From contig CAKAGG010000002.1 of the NCBI GenBank assembly GCA_916438885.1, positions 912,244 to 976,243 on the forward strand: 64,000 nt of DNA. The letters are read 5' to 3'. The notes beneath the pieces were generated by a model. It worked only from the letters and a program-made list of their open reading frames with translations. It had not been told where the DNA came from and did no database searches. Shown here piece by piece: positions 1 through 12,039 of this stretch. How positions within the stretch are numbered: the stretch's first letter is position 1; each line of letters begins with the position of its first letter. Made by a program: the position numbers and the translations under genes. This DNA comes from an uncultured Atopobium sp. (GTDB taxonomy: Bacteria; Actinomycetota; Coriobacteriia; Coriobacteriales; Atopobiaceae).

Positions 1-499
1 GATGCCGAAAGCGAGAGGCCTCTTCCCAAGGAACAGGCATAACAGCAATGGTGAGGTCTGCGTTGTTCTTCTTATGGCAGGCGAGCATCTCGCCGTAGTC
101 CATACGGTAAAGCTGATCGCCAGAGAGAATTAGTACGTAATCAGGGTTGTTCTGCTCAATGTAGCCAATATTCTGGGTGACGGCATCTGCGGTTCCCGCA
201 TACCATGCACCACCAGACTGAGTAGCAAATGGAGGAAGAATAGAAATTCCACCACCGCGCTCATCAAGGTCCCAAGCACTACCTGATCCCACGTAAGAGT
301 GAAGCAAATACGGACGGTACTGTGTCAAAACACCTACCGTAGAAATTCCTGAATTTGCGCAGTTGGATAATGCAAAGTCAATAATGCGGAACTTGCCACC
401 AAACGAGACAGCAGGTTTAGCTACTTTTGAGGTCAAAGCACCTAAACGGCTTCCCTGTCCTCCTGCAAGTAGCATTGCAAGACATTCCCTTTTGCTCAT
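1..499 (-). CDS. glgC: Glucose-1-phosphate adenylyltransferase, N-terminal part (runs off window)
   Basis: Manual translation from ATG 499: [50 protein letters not shown], the GlgC signature; GGAG RBS upstream. Confidence 0.95.
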   Translation of the reverse strand, partial: MSKRECLAMLLAGGQGSRLGALTSKVAKPAVSFGGKFRIIDFALSNCANSGISTVGVLTQYRPYLLHSYVGSGSAWDLDERGGGISILPPFATQSGGAWYAGTADAVTQNIGYIEQNNPDYVLILSGDQLYRMDYGEMLACHKKNNADLTIAVMPVPWEEASRFRH

Positions 500-574
500 A
501 TCCAAATCTCCTCTCTCCCCAACAGAGGTCTATATTCTCAACGCCCTACGACGATTGAACCTAAACGCAGATCC

Positions 575-3003
575 TTACACGTGCCAAATATCTTCCATGT
601 ACTCCCTGATAGTTCTATCAGCCGAGAAGAAACCAGAGTTTGCGGTATTGTGAAGTGCACGAGCATTCCAGCTACGACGATCTGCATAAGACTGAGTAAG
701 CTCTTCCCATGCCTTCACGTAGGCGTCAAAGTCAATAAGCACCAGGTCAGGATCATTGTTAATCAGCAGATAATCGTGAATTGACTCAAAGTTGCCAGAG
801 AGTCGGCTCAACGAACCATCGGTAAGCATATTTACAATGCGAGCCAGCGTTGGGTTCTGGTTAAGCAGGTTTTGTGCAAAGTAGGTGCCGGAAGCATATA
901 CCTGCTGGACCTCGTCTGCACGAAGACCAAAAATCTTGATGTTCTCTGGTCCTGCAAGCTCAGAGATCTCAATATTTGAACCGTCATATGTACCAAGGGT
1001 CAGAGCCGCATTCATCATAAGCTTCATGTTTGAGGTACCAGAAGCCTCTGCACCAGCAACCGAAATCTGCTCTGAAATATCAGATGCAGCATAGATAAGC
1101 TGTGCATTTGAAACAGCAAAGTTTGGAATAAAGACAATCTTCAGACGACCCTCAATGCGCTCGTCGTTGTTAACCACGTCTGCAACGGAGTGAATAAGTC
1201 GAATGACTTCCTTTGCAAAGGTATAGCTCTGAGCAGCCTTGCCCGAGAAAATAAAGGTTGTTGGAGCCGGCTTATAGCTTGGATCATCAAGCATGCGGTT
1301 GTAGAGATACAAAATCTTAAAGACATTAAGCAGCTGACGCTTATATGCATGGAAGCGTTTTACCTGCGTATCAAAGATGGTATTGGTATCCATCTCAACA
1401 CCAGTTGTCTTCTTGACGTATGCAGCAAGACGCTCTTTTTCTTCTCTCTTTGCAGCGTCCATCTTGTCCAAGAACTCAGCATTGTTCTCAAAAGCAGAAA
1501 GCTTCTGAAGCTCATTGGCATCATCAAGCCAGCCGGTACCAATAGCCTCAGTAATAAGCTTTGCGTAAGCGGTATTTGCCTGTGCCAAGAAGCGACGGTG
1601 GCAGATGCCGTTAGTCTTGTTATTAAAGATTTCTGGACGAAGCTTGTAGAAATCCTTCAAAACACTCTGCTTCAAAATGTTTGTGTGCAAGTCAGAGACA
1701 CCATTGACCGAGTGGCTAAACAGAATAGAGAGGTTAGCCATACGAACGGTGTTATCCCACAACACAGCTGTTGAAGCGAGAAGTTCGGTGTTGCCGTTAG
1801 AGTCAGCAAGCAGCTGCTCCTTATAGCGACGATCAACTCATCAATAAACATATACAGGCGAGGAAGCAGCTCACGGAAGGTGTTGATAGGCCACTTCTCA
1901 AGAGCCTCAGGCATAACGGTGTGGTTGGTATAAGAGATTGCGTTTCTCGCGATATCAAATGCCTCGTTAAAGTCAACGCCATGGTCATCGACAAGCAGAC
2001 GCATAAGCTCTGGTCCGCACATTGCTGGGTGCGTATCGTTAGTGTGGATACAGACGTGATCTGCAAAGTGTTCCCAATCCTCGCCGTACTTATCCTTATA
2101 AGCACGAAGAATGGTCTGAAGACCAGCGGAAACAAACAAATACTCCTGCTTTAAGCGAAGAATGCGTCCGTGCTCACCAGAGTCATTTGGATACAGAATG
2201 GTTGAAATTGCCTCAACGTCAGAGCGGAACTTATTAGCACGGGCATAATCGCCGGCGTTAAAAGCATCAAGATCAAAGTCTTCCTCTGCTGGCTCTGCAG
2301 ACCAAAGACGCAGCTTATTTACGGTCTTTGCGCCATAGCCAACAATAGGCACATCGTATGGAACAGCCCTTACTACCTGGCCACCCTCTTGCGAGAACCA
2401 GAAATTGCCATTCTCGTCCTCATGCCTTACAACTGTGCCACCAAAGCGCACCAGTACGCTAGAATCGTCTTTTCTGACTTCCCATGGATATCCATTTGCC
2501 AGCCAGTTATCGGTACGCTCTACCTGGCGTCCATCCTTAATCTCCTGGCGGAAGAGACCATAACGGTATCTCATACCGTTACCAAAGCCAGCCATGCCCT
2601 CGTGCGCCATGGAATCAAGGAAACAAGCGGCAAGTCTACCCAGACCACCATTGCCAAGGCCAGGGTCTACCTCCTGAGCAGCAAGCTCCTGAAGCGAAGT
2701 ACCCATTTCTTTAAGGCCCTCTGCAACAACGTCGGTGATACCAAGATTGAGTAGATAATTCTCAAGTAGTGGTCCTAGAAGGAACTCAAGAGAGAAGTAA
2801 TAGACCTGCTTGTCAGCATGAATATAGGAGGTTGACTGAATTTCTCGCGCCTTTTCTGCAATGAGGTGGGCAAGAACGTTATAGCGCTCCTGATCAGTGC
2901 ATTCTCCATAGTATTTACCAAGAATCTTGATGAACTTATCGCGATACTGCTCTTCAAAGTCTTGTTTATCGGTAAAAATGTTTTGTCCGTTATTTACGGC
3001 CAT
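575..3003 (-). CDS. glgP: Glycogen/starch phosphorylase (frameshift near 1810-1835)
   Basis: GLGNGGLGRLAACFLDS in ORF 1672-3033 and EASGTSNMK PLP motif in ORF 575-1765. Confidence 0.93.
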
Positions 3004-5010
3004 GCTTCCCCCTCTTTGGAAGTTCTTTCTCAAACGCTAAAACAATGCCACCAAGCGGAGGAACAGACAGCTCTACCGAATAATCTCTTCCATTCCATGC
3101 CACTGGTTTTGTGGAAAGTTTCTTAGTATTCACAATACCCGAACCGCCAAACTCTTTTGCGTCGGAATTAAACACTTCTTTCCACACACCTGCAGAAGGC
3201 ATGCCTAAACGGAAGTTCTGATGGGTTGCAACGTCAAAATTGATGAGAATAACCAGGTCCTCGGAAGGCTTTCTTCCGTGACGAACAAACGAGATGATTG
3301 ATTGTTCATTATTGTCTGCGTCAATCCAATCAAATCCACGGTTGTCGTAGGCGTACTGCCAAAGTCCTGGATGATTCTTATAGAAATGATTAAGAGCCTT
3401 AATAAATGCCTGCTGATGAGCGTGAGTTGGATACTCCTCAGTCAAGTAATACTCAATACCCTCGTAGTAGCGCCATTCAATAAACTGCGCAATCTCGTTG
3501 CCCATAAAGTTGAGCTTAGCGCCTGGATGAGTCATCTGATGAAGTGCCAAAGCCCTCATGCCAGCAAACTGTCTCCACCAATCCCCCGGCATGCGCTGAA
3601 TAAGACTGCACTTACCATGAACAACCTCATCATGGCTGAGTGGCAGCACAAATTCTCATTGAACTGATACATGCTGGAGAAGGTCAGAAGACGGTGGTTA
3701 CCTGGTCTATAAGGGAAATCAGTCTGACAATAGTGCAGCGTATCATTCATCCAGCCCATGTCCCACTTAAGGTTAAAGCCAAGTCCCCCAACCTCGGGAG
3801 GATAGGTAACCAGCGGCCATGCTGTGGACTCTTCTGCAATCATCAAAATATCGGGATGTTCTTTTTGAGCAGTCTCGTTGCAGAGACGCAAGAAAGCACT
3901 TGCATCCAAATCTTCCTCTGTGCCCTTATGGTTAAAGCGCTTCTGGGAAGGATCGTCGATACCAAAATTCAAATACAGCATGCTACTGACACCGTCAACA
4001 CGAATGCCATCAGCGTGATAGTCCTTCAGCCACATAAGCAGGTTAGAAACAAGGAAGCTTCTAACCTCACCACGAGTAAGATCAAACTTAAGAGTTCCCC
4101 AGTTAGGATGCTCTTTTTCTTCAAAGAGCTTAGTGCCATCAAACTCTGCAAGACCATGAGCATCTTTGCAGAAGCCTCCTGGGACCCAGTCTAAAATGAC
4201 GCCAATACCAGCCTGATGGCAGCAGTCAATAAAGTGTTTGAACTGGGCAGGATTGCCATACCTTGAGGTGGGAGCAAAATAACCCGTTACCTGATAACCC
4301 CAAGATCCATCAAAAGGATGCTCCATAACAGGGAGAAGCTCAATGTGGGTGTAGCCCATATCTTTAACGTAGGCTACCAGCTCTTCTGAGAGGTCATCAT
4401 AGGTGTAGAAGGCATCTACGTTGGTGTCAAAATAATCCTTGGGTTCTTCGGCCTGCTCTACATTCTCTGTATCAGCAGAATCTTCCTCTTGGGCAGTCAG
4501 GTCAGTATGCTGCTTCCAGCTCCCAAGATGAACTTCAAAGATGTTAAGAGGACTATGCAGGAACTTAAGCGATGCACGTCTCTTCATCCATGCTTCGTCT
4601 TCCCAAACGTACACATCTGGGTCAAACGTAATAGATGCCGTATGTGGTCTGACCTCCGCATAGGTACCATAGGGGTCAGCCTTAAAAATCTTCTGTCCAG
4701 AAGCGGATACAATCAGAAATTTATACAATACTTCCGAGGTGATTCCTGGAATAAAACCTTCCCAGATTCCGCCATGTTTTGAGCGAGAAAGAACGTTGAC
4801 GGTATCATCCCAATTATTAAAGTCTCCAACAACAGAGACAGAGGCTGCATTGGGGGCCCAAACCGCAAAATGATAACCTTCAACTCCATCTTCTTGAACC
4901 GCAGGGTGTGCACCTAATTTCTTGTGGCTCTGGAACCATTTACCTTGCGCAAACAAGTATGCATCCTGGTCACTCACTACTAACGATGCATTTAACTCTG
5001 CCATGCTCAC
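2990..5010 (-). CDS. glgB: 1,4-alpha-glucan branching enzyme (frameshift near 3650)
   Basis: FAVWAPNA, SWGYQVTGYFAPTSRYG, GIRVDGVSSM, IAEEST, LPLSHDEVVHGK motifs across two ORFs. Confidence 0.94.
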
Positions 5011-5348
5011 CCCCGCGCTAATCTATGAAATCTACGCATTTTATAGATTTGTTATCCATAAAGACTCGTAGTTGATAGTTACTAAGATAAACCATTACAA
5101 GGTAAAAACACGGTAACAAACACTCAATATGTCTTTCACCGATAAAAAAACGACCGTACACGTTATTTTTTTGTTTTGTGCTAAATTTTGTTAATTATAG
5201 TGAATAAAAATTGCAACTAAAAGAAATGGCAGCTTATCCAAATAAACTGCCATTTGATACATAAACTTTTTATATAACCGTGAAGCGACTTAAGAAAGCT
5301 GGCTCCTACAAGTCCTCTTCCTAAAGTGATTCTTCAGGTTACTTGCAA

Positions 5349-6574
5349 CTACATCTTGCGTGGTACAGCCGTCTCAGCTGAAGGAGCATGTGCAGCAATT
5401 ACATCAAGAGCTGCTGTCTCTTGGTCCTTCTCGCCAGAAGCAACTGCCCTACCGTATGCATCGGTATCAAGAATTGCCTGGCGGAAGCGATCAGGTGTAA
5501 ATCCATAAGGAGCGCGACCCCACTCGTTGGTCTTCTGAGCTCGCTCAACAATGATGTCCAAATCAGCGTCAACAGATTCTGAAGTAATGTCCAGATTGGC
5601 CAAGGTGGTTGGGAGACCAAGCTTTCTATTAAGCGCCACCTGCTCCTCAAGTGCTTTAAGGTTGCCGTCAAAGGCATAAAGGACGCAGGTACCAAAGGAA
5701 ACAACCTCACCATGAAGGTGTTTCTCGCCACGCTCGCCCAGAGCAGTAAAGGCATTGTAGAAGGCATGAGCGGTTGAGGAATTGAAGTAATACGCACCAC
5801 GCTCAGCACCAAGATTGGTGGTCATATTAGACACAATACCAGCAGTCACAATGATGTTCAGAACAACGTTCTCAAACGCCTCAGAGACAACGCCGGCGCG
5901 CTTATCTGCCAGTGCCTGCTCTGCATTATCAAACAGAGGCTCAATGCAGGCACCAGCGGCAAGAGCTCGTCCCATAAGAGGGCTGTGGAGCAGCTCAACT
6001 TCTCTGGAAGAAAGTTCAACCTCAGGACCCTTAGAGAAGGCGTCGCCAATTCCTGCCCAGAAGTACTCATCAGGGCTCTCTGCAATAATCTGCGTATCAA
6101 TAAAGGTATGAACAGGAAGCTCAGCAGGAATGAAGTACGTATCTGCAGAACCATCCTCTTTATAGAAACAGCAATTCTTGTTACAGGAGCGCAGTTAGAA
6201 GCAAGCGTTGGGAAGGTAAAGTATGGTTTGTCCAGAATAGTTGCAATCTCTTTACCCTCATCAATTGCGCGACCGCCGCCAACAAGGAAGAGCATATCAG
6301 CAGCAATAACCTCAGGCATTGCTGCAATTCTCTTGGCATTTGCGTGCGTAGAGTTAGTGCCGTAAGAAATCCAAGAAGAGATAGAAACCTCATAACCCGC
6401 AAGTGCAGCCTCAAGCTTTGGACGTGCCTTCTCCATTGCAGTTGGTCCACCAATGACTACGGCATTTTTGCCAAAGCGCTTAACAATGTGCAGTACCGAC
6501 TTATAAGCATCAACACCAATGGTGTATGAAGGCAGATACTCCGTAAATGTTCCGCGAGATTCCATCTTTTCCAT
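5349..6574 (-). CDS. Glycerol dehydrogenase / iron-containing alcohol dehydrogenase family protein (frameshifts near 5990-6170)
   Basis: GGGRAIDEGK, FPTLASNCAP, AHAFYN and HLHGEVVSFG motifs; GGAGG RBS before ATG 6574. Confidence 0.8.
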
Positions 6575-6625
6575 AGCGTCCTCCAAAACCTATCTCAGAA
6601 AAGCGAGAATATAACTTTACCTGAA

Positions 6626-7372
6626 CTAGTTATGTTTTTGCAGCATAAATCCTTGAACGAGCGTTTCCTCTGCCTCTTTATAGGCTGACGAGAAAAACTC
6701 TGTATCAAGCATTTGATACTGCGGGCAGCTCACACTATTCTGGCGATTCTCCTCTGCAATACGCTGTATGACCTGAAGTGTTTGCTCAACATCTGAATGT
6801 GTAAACCCATACTGTGGATGAGCCGCGGCAACTGCAAAGAGCTCATCAGATGTTTCTGGCAGACGATTCATATCAAGCGAGCGCCCGTAAACATCAAAAT
6901 CTGCTTGCTTACGAATACGTGCATCTTCTCCTGTCGGAATATGATGAGCACGCAAAAATGCCCGTGTATGAGTGTTATACACATGGTCGCAAACAAGGTG
7001 GCACCAAATGCCCACGATAAGCTCTCTGAGCTGGCGCTGATCTACTAAGCTGCGCTGCTCAGCTGAGCAATAACTCACATTTGGCTGGATGAAGTCAGTC
7101 TGTAGTAGATACTCGGCTGGGTTAAGGCCACCCATAAAATTACGCTGATACCGCTTATAACTTGGAATAGGCAAACTTCCTGGGTATGACTGATGGCTTC
7201 GACCGTACCTCACCTTGTGAGAATAGTCTGGAACCATAAAGCCAATGTGCACATCAGGAGCAACGTTTCCAAGCAGAAATGCATCAGGGTAGTGAATATC
7301 TACACCCAAGCAACCGGCTCCTTTCTCAAGGAGCCGGTCAGCATGAGCAATATGTACGTTCCAACTTGGCAC
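6626..7372 (-). CDS. Putative zinc-dependent phospholipase C / S1-P1-like metallohydrolase
   Basis: GTG start MPSWNVHIAHA, FLLGNVAPD, SH and GIWCHLVCDHVY motifs typical of the Zn_dep_PLPC family. Confidence 0.65.
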   Translation of the reverse strand: MPSWNVHIAHADRLLEKGAGCLGVDIHYPDAFLLGNVAPDVHIGFMVPDYSHKVRYGRSHQSYPGSLPIPSYKRYQRNFMGGLNPAEYLLQTDFIQPNVSYCSAEQRSLVDQRQLRELIVGIWCHLVCDHVYNTHTRAFLRAHHIPTGEDARIRKQADFDVYGRSLDMNRLPETSDELFAVAAAHPQYGFTHSDVEQTLQVIQRIAEENRQNSVSCPQYQMLDTEFFSSAYKEAEETLVQGFMLQKHN

Positions 7373-7385
7373 TACAATTACCTGC

Positions 7386-9845
7386 TTATCCGCGAATTTC
7401 TCCGCCGGTAGAACGAAGAACCTTCTCCACAAGCTTTGTGTGGGTCTTCTCGACCTCTTCTGAAGTAAGCGTTCTGTCGTCTGCACGATACGTGAGCGAG
7501 AAGGCCATGGACTTCTTGCCTTCACCAACACGCAGGGCATCGCGGTACACGTCAAAGAGTCTGATGTCGCAGAGAAGCTTGCCACCAGCAGACTTCAAAC
7601 GCTGAACCAGCTGCTCAGCAGTAACGCTCTCGTCAACAACAATTGCCAGGTCAATGGAGATGCCTGGATAGGTTGGAGGCTCAACAATAGGAAGGTCTTT
7701 CTGAGAAAGACGCAAAAGCGACGCAACAGAAATCTCAAAGGCAATGACTGGAACCTCAATGTCAAAGTTCTGGAGCGACAAAGGATGAATGTTTCCAACC
7801 CAACCGATTGTCTCGCTACCTGCAAGAATCTCAGCAGCGCGACCAGGCTGCAGCCAACCGTATTGCTCTGGCTCAGCTACACGGAAACGAACCTTAGGGA
7901 TGCGAAGTGCCTCAAGCAGACCCTCAACAATACCCTTGGCATCAAAGAAATCGTAAGCTGGATACTTGGCGTTCCAAGCATCATCTGCTGGACGACCAAC
8001 CAATACGCCACAGACATAGCTTGGCTCATCTGGCTGGCTCTTATCCTTATGTCCAAAGAGTACGCGGCCCAGCTCATACATGGCAATATTAGAGACACCA
8101 TGAGCAAGGTTGTATGCAATAGAGCGCAGAAGACCTGGAACAATGGAGCGGCGCATCTCAGACTGGTCAGCAACAAGTGGGCTCATAACCTTTACTGGGA
8201 CACCTCTTCCCTCTTCGCTCATACCAAGCTTAGAGAGGTCATCTGGACTTGCAAACAAATATGACTTTGTCTCGTTGAGGCCAAGGGAGCGCAGCGTGCG
8301 GCCAATCTTTCTAATCTGACGCTGATCTGAGGTCAAACCGCCTGCATGGTTTCTAGCAGCAGGAAGCGTAGCCTCAATATCACCTTCACCCCACAGGCGA
8401 ACAATCTCCTCAATAAGGTCAACCTCACGCGTAAGATCTGGGCGGTTTGTAGGAGCAATAACGCTCAGCTCTCCGTTGTCTGCTGGAGCAACCTTGCAGC
8501 CAAGGCGCGTAAGGCGAGAAACCATAAACTCTTCTGGAATTTGAGCACCTGCAAGGGCGCAGACGCGCTCTGGGCGAAGCGTAATAGTTACTGCCTCTTT
8601 TACCTTTGGATATACATCAACAATACCAGGGCAAACCTCGGCACCACAGCACTCCTCAAAGAGAGCTGCTGCAATATCTGCAACAGATGCGCAGCCGTTT
8701 GGATCCACAAGACGCTCGTAGCGAATAGAAGCCTCGCTCATCAAATCAAGGTTTCTGCTGGTACGGCTAATGTGGCCATTATCAAAAACAGCGGATTCCA
8801 AAAGGACATCAACGGTATTCTCGGTAATCTCAGAGTCAAGACCACCCATAACACCAGCAAGTGCAATAGGAGTCTTACCGTTATCTGTGATGACCGTCAT
8901 ATCAGACGTGAGCTCACGGTCTTCTCCGTCAAGCGTCACAATGTGCTCACCGTCTTCTGCGGCGCGAACCACAATGTGATACTTGCCATCTTCCTTGGTA
9001 AGTTTTCCAAGGTCAAAGGCGTGCAGAGGCTGGCCAGTCAGGTACATAACGTAGTTAGTAACATCAACAACGTTGTTAATAGAGCGACCACCACAAGCCG
9101 TAACGCGGCGAGCCAGCCACTCAGGGCTTGGGCCAATCTTGACGTTGCGAACCACGCGAGCGGTGTACCTTGAGCAGAGCTCAGGGTCAGCAATAGTAAC
9201 ATCTACCTGCTCAGATGCATCTGCACCAGACTCAGAGGCAACACTTGGAAGCTCAATGTGGGTATCGATGTCATACATTGCGGAAACCTCAACAGCCATA
9301 CCTGTCATAGAGAGGCAGTCAGGACGGTTAGGGGTAATCTCACAATCAAGAACAACGTCAGACATGCCCAGGTAATCCGTAAGCGGCATACCAATTGGAG
9401 CATCCTCAGGAAGAATCATAATGCCGCTCTGGTCATCGCCAAGACCCAGCTCGCGAGAAGAGCAGTTCATGCCGCAAGACTCAACGCCACGCAGCTTGGA
9501 CTTTTTAATCTTAAAGTCTCCAGGAAGTACTGCACCAATCATTGCGGTAACAATGTGGTCTCCCTGATTAAAGTTCTGGGCGCCACAAACAATCTGTAGA
9601 GGAACAGGATTTCCGTCCTTATCCACATTGTTGTTGCCCACGTCAACTAGGGTGACGTACATGTGATCAGAATCAGGATGAGGCTCTTTGCTTACAACCT
9701 GAGCAGTAACAACATAGTCAAGGTTAGCGCCAACACGCTCTATGGCCTCAACCTCAGTACCAGTGCGCACAAACTCGCGCTCAAGGTCTTTTGGATCCTG
9801 AGGAAGATCAACGAGCGTCTTCAGCCATTCATAAGATACACGCAT
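7386..9845 (-). CDS. pheT: Phenylalanine-tRNA ligase beta subunit
   Basis: 819 aa; QIVCGAQN, EITPNRPDCLS, GQPLHAFD, C-terminal FDX-ACB domain. Confidence 0.98.
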   Translation of the reverse strand: MRVSYEWLKTLVDLPQDPKDLEREFVRTGTEVEAIERVGANLDYVVTAQVVSKEPHPDSDHMYVTLVDVGNNNVDKDGNPVPLQIVCGAQNFNQGDHIVTAMIGAVLPGDFKIKKSKLRGVESCGMNCSSRELGLGDDQSGIMILPEDAPIGMPLTDYLGMSDVVLDCEITPNRPDCLSMTGMAVEVSAMYDIDTHIELPSVASESGADASEQVDVTIADPELCSRYTARVVRNVKIGPSPEWLARRVTACGGRSINNVVDVTNYVMYLTGQPLHAFDLGKLTKEDGKYHIVVRAAEDGEHIVTLDGEDRELTSDMTVITDNGKTPIALAGVMGGLDSEITENTVDVLLESAVFDNGHISRTSRNLDLMSEASIRYERLVDPNGCASVADIAAALFEECCGAEVCPGIVDVYPKVKEAVTITLRPERVCALAGAQIPEEFMVSRLTRLGCKVAPADNGELSVIAPTNRPDLTREVDLIEEIVRLWGEGDIEATLPAARNHAGGLTSDQRQIRKIGRTLRSLGLNETKSYLFASPDDLSKLGMSEEGRGVPVKVMSPLVADQSEMRRSIVPGLLRSIAYNLAHGVSNIAMYELGRVLFGHKDKSQPDEPSYVCGVLVGRPADDAWNAKYPAYDFFDAKGIVEGLLEALRIPKVRFRVAEPEQYGWLQPGRAAEILAGSETIGWVGNIHPLSLQNFDIEVPVIAFEISVASLLRLSQKDLPIVEPPTYPGISIDLAIVVDESVTAEQLVQRLKSAGGKLLCDIRLFDVYRDALRVGEGKKSMAFSLTYRADDRTLTSEEVEKTHTKLVEKVLRSTGGEIRG

Positions 9846-9875
9846 GTGATTGCCTTTCTAGTAAGACGCCGATGA

Positions 9876-10943
9876 TTAGAACTGACGCAGAACTCTCTGG
9901 TCACCAGAGATGAGCATGCGCAGGTCAGGAAGGTCATAACGAAGCGCTGCAACACGCTCAACACCAATGCCAAAGGCAAAGCCTGTGTACTTCTCGGAAT
10001 CAATACCGCAGTACTTGAAGACATTAGGGTCAACCATGCCGCAACCAAGAATCTCAAGCCAGCCCGTGTTCTTGCAGAAACGGCAGCCCTCACCGTGGCA
10101 AACACCACAAGAAACGTCTACCTCGCAGCTTGGCTCGGTGAATGGGAAGAAGTGAGGACGATAGCGGGTAGCGCGGTCCTTACCAAAAATCTCACGAGTA
10201 AAGTGATCAAGGGTACCTTTGAGATCACCAAAGGTGATTCCCTCATCAACAACAAGGCCTTCCATCTGCGTAAATTGAGGCAGGTGGTTGGCATCTGCGG
10301 TGTCAGGACGAAATACCGTACCAGGGCAAATCATGTAAATAGGAGGCTCTTTTGTCTCCATGGTGTGTACCTGAACGCCAGAAGTCTGTGTACGAAGAAG
10401 CACGTCAGACTCGCCCAGTACGTGCGATTCCTTTCCTTCTGGTGCATTATCCACTACGTAGAACGTATCCTTACCAGAACGGCTTGGATGATCCTCAGGA
10501 GCATTCAGAGCTGTAAAGTTGTAGTAGGTGGTCTCAACATAAGGGCCTGTCTCAATGGTGTAGCCCATGCTGATAAAGATGTCTTCCATCTCCTCACGTA
10601 CCTGCTCAATGAGGTGCTGAGTACCAGGGCTCAGACGACGACCTGGAAGGGTAATATCAGTTGCCTCAGCATTAAGCTGTGCTTCAAGGGCTTCTCGCTT
10701 TAAAGCAAGCTGACGCTCGCGAATAGCGGTCTCAACGTTAGCACGAACGGTATTTGCAAGCTGACCCATTTGAGGGCGCTGATCTGCGGGAACCTGACCC
10801 ATCATACGCATAATTGCCGTAAGAGAGCCCTTTTTACCCATTGATGCAACGCGCACCTTCTCAAGTGCTTCAAGGTTTGTTGCCTTAGCAATTCCTTCAA
10901 GTACTTGCTCGCGAATTGCCGAGAGTTCCTCAGACATTCCCAT
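9876..10943 (-). CDS. pheS: Phenylalanine-tRNA ligase alpha subunit
   Basis: LLRTQTSGVQ, FFPFTEPS, GFAFGIGVER motifs. Confidence 0.98.
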   Translation of the reverse strand: MGMSEELSAIREQVLEGIAKATNLEALEKVRVASMGKKGSLTAIMRMMGQVPADQRPQMGQLANTVRANVETAIRERQLALKREALEAQLNAEATDITLPGRRLSPGTQHLIEQVREEMEDIFISMGYTIETGPYVETTYYNFTALNAPEDHPSRSGKDTFYVVDNAPEGKESHVLGESDVLLRTQTSGVQVHTMETKEPPIYMICPGTVFRPDTADANHLPQFTQMEGLVVDEGITFGDLKGTLDHFTREIFGKDRATRYRPHFFPFTEPSCEVDVSCGVCHGEGCRFCKNTGWLEILGCGMVDPNVFKYCGIDSEKYTGFAFGIGVERVAALRYDLPDLRMLISGDQRVLRQF

Positions 10944-10959
10944 GTAATTACCCTTTCAA

Positions 10960-11215
10960 TAGAAACCGTCCCTGAGCATATGCCCAAGGACGGAAAATTT
11001 CCGCGGTACCACCTCGGTTGATTGCACAGTTTTCTCTCTGTGCAATCCACTTAAAAGCCTAGTTTCGTTAGGCGGACGACTTCCCTACTAAGCAATGACG
11101 CCGTTCAAGTTGTAGCTCGGGAGTGAACTCTACCAGCGCTGTGCAGGTGTTTCTCAACCACGAACACCCTCTCTGTTCACAACGTGCTCCGGCAGACCTC
11201 TCCGTCAACGCACTT
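10960..11215 (-). ncRNA. T-box riboswitch (Phe specifier) leader of pheST
   Basis: Minus strand shows a stem I with AGAGAG/GTTGAGA elements, GAG-TTC-ACTCC with specifier TTC at 11125-11127, T-box GGTGGTACCGCGG near 11002-11014, and terminator CCGTCCTTGGGC-ATAT-GCTCAGGGACGG-TTTC. Confidence 0.92.
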
Positions 11216-11226
11216 TGTTCAGAGTA

Positions 11227-12039
11227 TCACACTGTGCGAGTTTTGAGCAGCAGCACAACCCTTTTTACCAGAAAGATAAACAAAAGCGTAACAACCGCGA
11301 GAAGAACGATGGTTCCTCCAGGTTTAAGGCCAAGCTCATAGGAGACAACAAGTCCACCAAGTGAGGTCAGCATACCCACCGTGCTCGCATACAAACAACA
11401 TTGCTTCCAGCTGCGGGAAATCTGCAAAGCACAGGCAACGGGCACCACCATCATGGACGACACAATAAGTGAACCAACTGTTCTTGCTGCAACAGCAACT
11501 ACTAAAGCTACTGCGATGACAAAACCAAAGTTGATTAGACTTACGGGTACACCAACACAACGGGCATGACGCTCATCAAAAGACATCAAGAAAAGTTCTT
11601 TTCTAAGGAAGAAGCAGAATGCGACTGCAAGTACGCTAATGACCACAATCATCTGAACTTCTTGCTCGCTTACCGTCAGAATAGAGCCAAACATAAAGCT
11701 GTTGAAGCTTGATGAATTGGGAACAAAACCTGACAAAACACCTGCTAGACCAATGCCTGCTGCCATAACAATAGCAACTGCAAGCTCTGACTGATCTTTA
11801 AAGTGGCGACGTACTCCCTCAACACAAAGAGCACCACCCAAACAAGCGGCAATTGCTCCGGCAACAGGATTAATGCCCGCAATCATGCCTCCTGCAACAC
11901 CTGCAAGAGAGGTATGTGAGAGAGCGTCGCCAATCATAGAAAGGCGCTTCAATACAACCGTAACGCCTACCAGCGGAATAATTGCTCCCAGAAGAATTCC
12001 CACAAGAATTCCTCGCTGCATAAATACGTATTCAAACAT
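11227..12039 (-). CDS. znuB: Zn/Mn ABC transporter permease
   Basis: SMIGDALSHTSLAG, FMFGSIL, hydrophobic ABC-3 family pattern. Confidence 0.85.
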   Translation of the reverse strand: MFEYVFMQRGILVGILLGAIIPLVGVTVVLKRLSMIGDALSHTSLAGVAGGMIAGINPVAGAIAACLGGALCVEGVRRHFKDQSELAVAIVMAAGIGLAGVLSGFVPNSSSFNSFMFGSILTVSEQEVQMIVVISVLAVAFCFFLRKELFLMSFDERHARCVGVPVSLINFGFVIAVALVVAVAARTVGSLIVSSMMVVPVACALQISRSWKQCCLYASTVGMLTSLGGLVVSYELGLKPGGTIVLLAVVTLLFIFLVKRVVLLLKTRTV

